From assembly GCA_002633005.1 (NCBI GenBank), contig NMRA01000062.1, positions 273,022 to 337,021 of the forward strand: a stretch of 64,000 nucleotides of DNA, in the 5' to 3' direction. The notes under the pieces are model-generated. The model did no database searches. It saw only the letters and a list, made by a program, of their open reading frames with translations, and was not told the DNA's origin. Numbering within the stretch: position 1 is the stretch's first letter; each line of letters starts with the position of its first letter. Below, in pieces: positions 51,501-60,500 of the stretch. Source of the stretch: Phoronis australis (taxonomy: Eukaryota; Animalia; Phoronida). The position numbers were made by a program, and so were the translations under genes.

Positions 51501-54500
51501 CCTTAGCCTCCTGTCTAACTGTTGCTTCCTCTTAATTATCAATCATGAGCAATTAGTCACTCTGACGACGAATTCAGCTTCTCTCCAGTCATTGTGACCG
51601 GGAATTCTACGTCGTTTTGTCTCAATACTTTTGCTGCATACCATAGCTCTCCCTCAAAACACCAAATTAGAGCCAGGACTGACTTTTACCTTGCATGTAT
51701 AATTTTCACCGTAACACAGAATGGCAACTAATAGTCAATTAGCCACAGATTGCAGCTGGCTTATCTGGCAGTGGTCAAACCCTACACACTCAACTTAAAG
51801 CACTACTAGACGATAATTAGAGAATCACCAATTTCGTTTTGAGAAATGAAGACAATCACAATAATAGCAAAAATTGTTTAATCTATCCGCACTAACACTT
51901 GAAACTATTCCATTCAATATCTTTTAAGAAGCCTTAACAATTTGATCAAATACCCCTACCTGCTACTGAGTTTTCTACATTAAACAAACAGAAACAAAAG
52001 CAAATATCTAATCCAACCAAAACAGAAAAACTTAACAGGCACAGATTCAAAACACTGTAAGTATTGACAACACACTACAAAAACTACCAAATAAATACAC
52101 AATACCACATCAAAATGTGTTGGTCGAACACAAAATAATGTTCACAGTCAACACTAATTCACACAAAAGGTTGACACAACACAGATGGGGTCACACACAA
52201 CAAACACAAGCACTCACACCCTGCCACTGTCCATTTCATCGCCAGAGTTGACCTCCCCCTCATAAGCTCCGCCCTCATCCAAATCAGGGGGCAGGGCTTC
52301 ATCAGTTGTCTTGTCACTCTCATCATTTGACACCTGCTTTCCATCATCAGCGGCCGCATCTTCTGCTTTCTTTCTACTTGCAGGCAGCTTTGGACTAGAT
52401 CGCGCATATCCACCATTAAAGTCACTTGAAGCAACTTACCGAATAAAACTCTCAGGATTTAAATCAGACATGCTGACAGAAGAGATGAAAATCCTGGACT
52501 GACAACTGAAAGGTTTCCCGTTCAAATCCCATGTGCGCCAAAAATTCAAAAAAAAATTCTGACTATCAATAAACAATCCATGTACCACAAAGCCATGCTC
52601 GTTCTTTTTAGAACACTGTGGCATCTGAAACATTGAGCCACTACAAAAGGCTAGAGCTAATCGGTGTGAACATACCAATAGATTTTAGAAATATCACAAG
52701 ATACTATCTGTGTACATATTAAAGAAAAGCCCGGCCATGCGTACAGTAGTTGAAAAATCACAAAATAAAGTAACTGCACAATGCACATTTCATGAATTTC
52801 GGGAAATTTCATTGTCATTGCTGAACAAGGAATTTGTCAAAAATTGAACAGCCAACAGGCGGCGCAACAGTAATCCAGTAACTCGGAGAATCGACTGAAG
52901 CTATGATTGTATATTACCAACCATATAACTCTACACAAACTCTGATCCTGATTCACTGTGCGATTTTTTAGAAAATCGACGGACAATTAAAGGCAACGAT
53001 GTACGTACAGAATACAGACTATGTGACTATGTGATAAAATTTTTATAGACGCATGAAAAGCAAGCAACATTACTGTGGCTACCTTCATGACAAAAGAGTT
53101 TTAAACCACTTCTCACTGCCACTGCTTAGTTGTTATCAGAATAACAGTTATCACAATAATGGTTATCATAATAACGGTTGTCACAATAACGGAACGAAGT
53201 CTCAAAAACTTACGGTAATAGCTTCATTCTGGTCTTAGAATATTTTCCGCCTGTAAAAATGTCACATAGAAATCAACAAGAGCGATACGGCCAACAAGAC
53301 GTAGCAATTACGAAGAAATGACAGACATGAAAAGGATCAGAAGAAATGAACAATGAAAGTGAATGAATGAATGAGTGAAGTAAAAACGTGAAAAGTGAAC
53401 GACTGAATGTGTCATGGCAAGCAGTCTTGTAATTTTAAGAGATGCAGTAACGCAAGAAACAAGATTTTGAGGAATTATTGGTTATAAAGGGGCACCTCAT
53501 TACTCATCAGGGGACAGCAGAGATGTATTTCTGAAATTGAATATTTCGTAGTGGATCATTTGGAATTTAAATAACTTGCATAAGCAATGCACAGCACAAT
53601 TTAGCATCAGATTCTGGGGTTCCTCAAATTCTCAAGCATCAACAGTATGTTGTTCAGAGGTACGTACTAAACGATCTGCGTTACTACGTCCCTTAAACTG
53701 TATGAAGCAAAGCGCTATATCGACAATGATTGAGAGGCTCCCTAATTAGAAACAGAACAAACATAGCCGCACCACTTTTGATTACAGATACAGAAATGAC
53801 CTTACTCGCAATAGAACTTTCAGATGCGCCTAAATGAAGATAATTAGTAATGATATAAACAGTAACAATCCAGACAAAAGGGACAGAAGGGGTACACCCA
53901 CCTATAACTCCAAATAGAACTATCTCGACAAAACACCTAAGGGGGGAGGGACAGAAGGGGCACACCCACCTATAAATCCAAATAGAACTATCTCGAAGGC
54001 GATAAAACACCTAAAACCTTCCCACCCAGTGATGAAGGGGTGGGACAGAAGGGGCACACCCAACTATAATCCAGATAGCTCTATTTTGACAAAAAAAAAA
54101 CCCTAAAACCCTTCCCAAAGTTCTAAAACCAAAGAATTTATTACTAACAAACAATGAAGTTGGGCCAACTGTTTTGTATAAGACACGCATAAAAACATCA
54201 TGTTTGTTACATAAGGGTCACAGAAAAGTTTAACTGTCAAGTGAATTCTATGCAAGCGCAACATGAAGCATCGACACGCACCACTATGAGCAGAGCATAC
54301 GACACAGATACAAGTACGGATGGTTAATATTTTCAACATTCCCACAAAGAACAAATCAGTCTAAAACAGGACAAGTATTGTCGCCTATGAGATAGCAAAT
54401 TGTTTGCCAAATTTCAGGAACATCAATTAAAGAACTATGCTAAAAATTCTTCAATTTTGGACAAAAATAATTGCAGAAATTGCTGTATTTCTATTTTTCA

Positions 54501-57500
54501 TACTCATCACATTGTTGCAAATGGTCAAAATTTAAAAATGTTTTTTTTTAGCAATAGCTACGCCAGACAACCCATGCTAAAGCAGTGTCAATAGTCCCGA
54601 AAAGTTCTCTTTGTTGAGAAGTTCGACAAAATGAAATTTCCTCCGTCTGCCATACTGTGTCCAAAACTGAAGAATTTTCACCTTTAGTTAATGATTTTTA
54701 TCAGTTAAAAGCTGAGCTATGTATAAGCCACTAAAGACTGACTGTCTGACCCATACATGACATAATTACAAGAACTTACCTGTCAGAAGAAGTGACTGTG
54801 GTTTGTGTAAGTGAAGCGGGAAATAAGGACTCTTAAGGCCTCGCTGTTTAGGAAGAAAGAGAAATTTGAAATCAAAATTCTGATGTTCAGTAAAAATTCT
54901 TTAAATGAGGCCAAACTGATTGTATCGAAAATTTCAATTTGCAATAAGGTTTACTGCTTTGCAACAAGTGATCGAAGTTCGACCCCAGCTTGTTTGGTCA
55001 GACATTCAATATAGACCATGGCTACACTGAAGTGAACTGCCATAAAATTGCCTTGTCGTATTAGTTAGTAAGCCTGGAAGTGACTTTAAGTAAAATGTAC
55101 ATCCGAGCTGAGTTTAATAAACAAAAATATGTAACAAGGAATATCTAGAATAATTTGTTGACCATCTATTTGCAAACTTGTCTCATTCTAAATTTTCGGA
55201 ATAAAAGTATTTCTCGGAAAATACAGATCTCCTTTTTACAGACCAATTTATTACCGGCCAGTGCCTGCCTAAATCGAGACTTTCTTGACAGAAAACACTG
55301 TAACTCACTCAGGTTAAATGTTGCTTTAACTAGGTCAAGTCAGCTCCAATGATCATGAACAAGAACTCAAGAGTGTAGATTTGAATCTCCCAAAACTACT
55401 ACGCCGCTCATGGTCCATATGGTAATCAATACTAGAAAACACTAACTAGTCCTGGAGGCTTTAGCAGAATAGAGGTACTTAACAGCACAACGTCATGTGC
55501 CTTCTAAAAGAATGTACGAATAATGTGTCCAGGTATATGTAATAAAGACTTGCAGTGTCTAAAAATTAAGAGTTGAACCGGCAATTATAACAAAATACCA
55601 AATTTTAAAGTGATATAACCCAGAAATGTCGAAATAACGAGGCTTTTAATGAATTAACACATTTCACGATGCCAAGATTTATCCATGGAAAAGAATGCCG
55701 ATTTTGTGAAAAATCAAACTGCTAACTGGAGCAGAAAAACTCGGACTGCAGGGAGGGGAGACAACTATGGGTAGGGGAGACAATAACGGGAGGGGAGAAC
55801 TACGAGTAGGTGAGAACACTACGGAAGGGGAGTCAACTACTGGTAGAGGAGGCAACTATGGGGAGGGGAGACAACTATGGAGAGGTAGGAAACATCACAA
55901 TATTAAAAAGTCAGATTGTTTGAACAATCAAAACAGTCAGTACAGACACTGGAAGATAGAAAACTTGTAACACTGAACGACAATAATACATCAATCGACA
56001 TCTACATAAAGAAACAGTACAAAAATAAATGCAAGAACTAAAAGGTACAATTTATCAGTGCCCATGGAAACAGATTCTGAAATAAAAAATAATGAGGGAT
56101 AACACCAGTGAAGCACACCACGACACATCGAATACCTCATCAACAGTCACATTCACTTCATCAATGTCAACTGCAACATCACCATCATCAGCTTGACCTT
56201 CGGCAACATTGACCTGACCTCCGTCAACATTGACCTGACCTCCGTCAACATTGACCTGACCCCTGACATCAGTGACCTCATCACTGACCCGTTCCTCTTC
56301 ATCTTCATCCCCACTTTCAATGTCCTATTTTAACATTTTTAAAGTGACAAAATCCATTTCTATTGTTGAAGTAAGGAACAATTATCACTTTTACAGAAAT
56401 CGCTTAGACTGCATGGGTTGACTTATCACTTTAAAGATAGCAACTTCCATCGAGTTGCCTCATGTTTTGCAAGGTAGCAACCTCCACTGAGTTGCCTCAC
56501 TTTACACACTTGTACGCAAAGTTGCCTTATGTTCACACTAGTTACTTACACTCAGCTGTCTGTGTTTCCAAGCATAAAACAGCTTCCTCAGGTGATGTCT
56601 GTCACCCTTAGTCAAAGTATTGTCCTCAAAACGCCTCATGATTTCATCCTAAAATAGATTGGTAGACAGTCTGACTAGAGCCGTGTAAACTATAACACAC
56701 CTTAATCATGTAGTGAGCAAACTCTGTGAGATCTGGTACACTGCAGCTCAGAACATGTTCTCCTCCCCACAAAAAACATGTAAATGTCATCGCACCCCAG
56801 GACACTCAAATATTCCCTTGCTCATTGCACCCCAGGACACCCCAATATTCCCCCTGCTCACTGTACCACAGGACACCCCAATATTCCCCTTACTCATTGC
56901 ACCCCAAGACAACCCAATATTCCCCTTGCTCATTGCACCACCAGACACAACAATATCCCCCTTGCTCATTGCACCCCAGGGCATCCCAATGGTCCCTGAC
57001 TGGCTGAATATCAGTTACAACCTAAGAAATTTTAAACAGATATATCAAAACGCCGAAATGACCATTAACATAGTAAACTATATATGACGAGGTATTCCTA
57101 ACTGCTCACTCGAAAGAAAAACAATTGCTCTAAACTGACTAAGACACCTAAAGTGCAGGCAATCATTATTGTTACAAAAGCTCCATAGGTACGCGCAGTA
57201 AACACACACGAAATGTTCATCAACTAGTCATGCAGTCAACAACACACTGCTTCAATACCATATGATGTGCCCAACCATCTGACGGAAGTTACAGCTATAT
57301 TCACAAACAACACTGCTCCACACACTTCATCAAATCTGTCCAAACATTGACCAATGTGTTATAACAGTGACTACAAACTGAAGTCTCATATCTACGCTAC
57401 AGACATGCCAGCAAATTCATTTTCAGTAACCAACAAAACAGCCAAATACAATAGCAACTTACGAGGTGGGCCCGTTCCTGTAAATTTTAATAAATAATGA

Positions 57501-60500
57501 ATCAACGTCACAAGGTGAATGAACATTTGACTGATGTGTATCAGCAATAACAACACAGCTCTGTACAAACAGTTACAACTAACACTGTGTATTTACCATG
57601 ACTACAGTGAAAGTTCTCTAGTTTGAGACAGTGAAAATTACATATTTTGCTCAAGGCCAGAACTTGTAACAAATGTTAAAACGTGCAATACTGGCCAGGC
57701 AATATTAGCCGGGCAATATTAGCCGGGCAATATTAGCCGGGCAATATTAGCCGGGCAATATTAGCCGGGCAATATTACCCTGTCCAAAGTTAAGAATTAT
57801 AATCAATGAATCTCACGTTACACGCTATGAGGGCGCGTGAACAGGTTGCATTGGCAGCCATTTTTGATGACTTTATGAAATGCCAAGTCTCATTTTCAGA
57901 TGCTGTTGATACAGAAATGCAGTGTCTTAAATTTGAAAAAGACGGTGAACATCAAAATCGATTAAAACTGTCCCAAACTTCAGAATCGAAATATTCAAAT
58001 TTCGCTTGAATTTCTGCTCGAGTTTTTGATGCCATAAGTCACTACCAGTCAATTTTGCTTTTAACATAATTACCGCCATCATTGACAAGGAAATGGCATT
58101 TTGTCTGTTTAACTATGTCAAGTATTGTTACCTCAATAACAACAAAATGCAACATTTCTGAACAAGAAACCACCCTTTCTACAATTACTGAAAATGTTGA
58201 AAAAAAATCGAGTCATCATTAGCAAGAACAACACAGAGCTTTGACATTCTCCCAATGTGTGCATTGGACACAGAGTAGATACAAGGATCATCATTACGTT
58301 TAACATTCCCTCTAAAGGGAGCAATGCTAGTAAACTTAAACAACCTTTAGGGTGTGAAAAGCAAGTCAACATGGCTCAACAGAAACACGCCTTCCAGCTT
58401 TCACCATTAGTGAATCACTTTGGAGAGTAGGGAGGCATATGACAAAAATCATACACAAAAATAACATAAATGCCTCTAGGGTGTACAACGTGGGTCAAAT
58501 CCTTCTGAATTGCAACAGGCGCCGTCATCTATGTGACAGTACCTTATTTTGACAACTTTCATGAACATGCAATTAAGAAATTTTATCAATATCAAGACAA
58601 ATGCAACAGAAACCAAAATTGTCGTGAGGGGACTCCATAGAACCAGTCACTGGTCCTGAAATCTACAAACTCTCCTCACTACAGATCAAGTTTCACGAAG
58701 ACCCATCGAGGAATGGCCAAAAAACACTAGGGGGCGCAAGAACAGTTGCACCAGTCCTAAAATCATAGTCAGCACTCTTTTTACCTGTGGGAACACAGTC
58801 TGGTAAACAGAGAAGCGAGTGTTAAAAACTAGACTAAAAACTGAAACGGCATACATTATGTACAATGTACAAAAATGGAAATGTGCTACCCTCTCTTTAA
58901 AAAAAGCCAATTTCAAATTGCCAAATTTCATGAATGGACCACGGGAAGATATAGAGGAAAATGTAAAATCCTTAAAATTGCCACTGGGGGCACAGCAGTG
59001 GTTAGATTTTTTCTTAAAGTTGTCATCTGTGTTGTTAACATTTGATAAAAATACACTTGCAAATTTTAGCAAAGATCTCGCAAGGTTTAGAAGAAACAGA
59101 CACAGGTGTAAAAAACAACACTACCACAAGAGCCGCCACAATAATCGGGGCAGTCCACAAATGCTTAGGTGTGCTCTTTCCAGTAGCACATGTGCCAACT
59201 TTCATAACAAACCTTCAAGTAGGTTTGGCCAATGGAAAGGAGGACTAATAGAAAAGGGCACACTAGGTGGCGCACAATACATCAAATCCATCCCAGAATG
59301 GCAAAGAATTGTCGTCTCCTCAACAAATACCAATTGTCAAAATTTACATAAATCTCTCAAGGAACTCAGATGATACAATTGAAATTGTTACTGGGCAAAA
59401 AGCGGTAGTTGAATCCGTCGGAAAATCCGCTTGTGCCACCCCGCTCTTAATAGAGCCATGAGGAGAAAATTTCACAAATATCCACCATGGGGTTTTGGAG
59501 ATACGGCAGTGGACACAGGACGGACAAGGATGCTGACATAATGAGCCCACATGTATGTGCGCACATAAAAATGGCAACCTGTAAAGCAAGATATTACACA
59601 CAGACACAGACACAGGTCTAAGTCTTCAATGAACATCTAGTTTGAAGTAAAATTGAAAGCCTTAGTCACAGCGACAGGCAAACACGTCTGTGACTGGATC
59701 AGTGACAGAGTCCTTTGCCATCAATGCAGGGCTAAATGTCCACATACAGAGGAGTATTGCCTTGTTCCGAACATACATGAGGCCATGCAAATCATAGCTA
59801 CGCGATAGGCCCACATAAACATGACATGGGCTGTTGCTGTAGCCACAGAGCACACTGCACGGAAACGCGGGTCTCGTACACAATTTCCAGTCACAGAACG
59901 ATTTAGTGGAAGTGCAATGGAGATTTAAGTGGAACTGACACCATCTAGTGGAAAAACGAACACCAGAGTTGTAACGCCTCCCCCCGACACACAACACGCA
60001 GCAAACCTCATGACTGGCACCGTCAGGATTGTCAATATTATCATCATCTCCATTATTATCAATATTGTCATTAACAACTTCATTGCTCGTCTGCTCTTCT
60101 TTTGACTTATCCATTTCCTTCCTTTGTGGCTGTTTTTAATAAAGACAGTGCAAAATGGAGTTTAAGATGCCATTTCAACAAAGTACCATGAATTACAAAT
60201 TTGATCACCTCAGAATGTCATGGATCAGATATTTTTAAGAAGACAACAGTAACCATCATTATGATAGAAATTATTAGTGTAAAAGATTTTAAGACACTAA
60301 GTTACCTGAAATTATTCGACACACAAATTTTGGTAGTTTCATGTTAAAACAAAATATTTACGATGGAGAAAGAAGGATAGTTATACTGGTTGTCAAGTAG
60401 ACTGATCTTTTTTACAGCACCTTTTGTCCAGGAAACGTTCTTTTTTCTGAGTTTCTAAGGAAGTCTTACTAAAGTTTTAAAACAGATTTATTCGCATTGA

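Noticed and set aside
58686-59373. 128-aa and 184-aa ORFs
   Set aside because: They lie inside a decayed HINE-like repeat and show no protein motifs.
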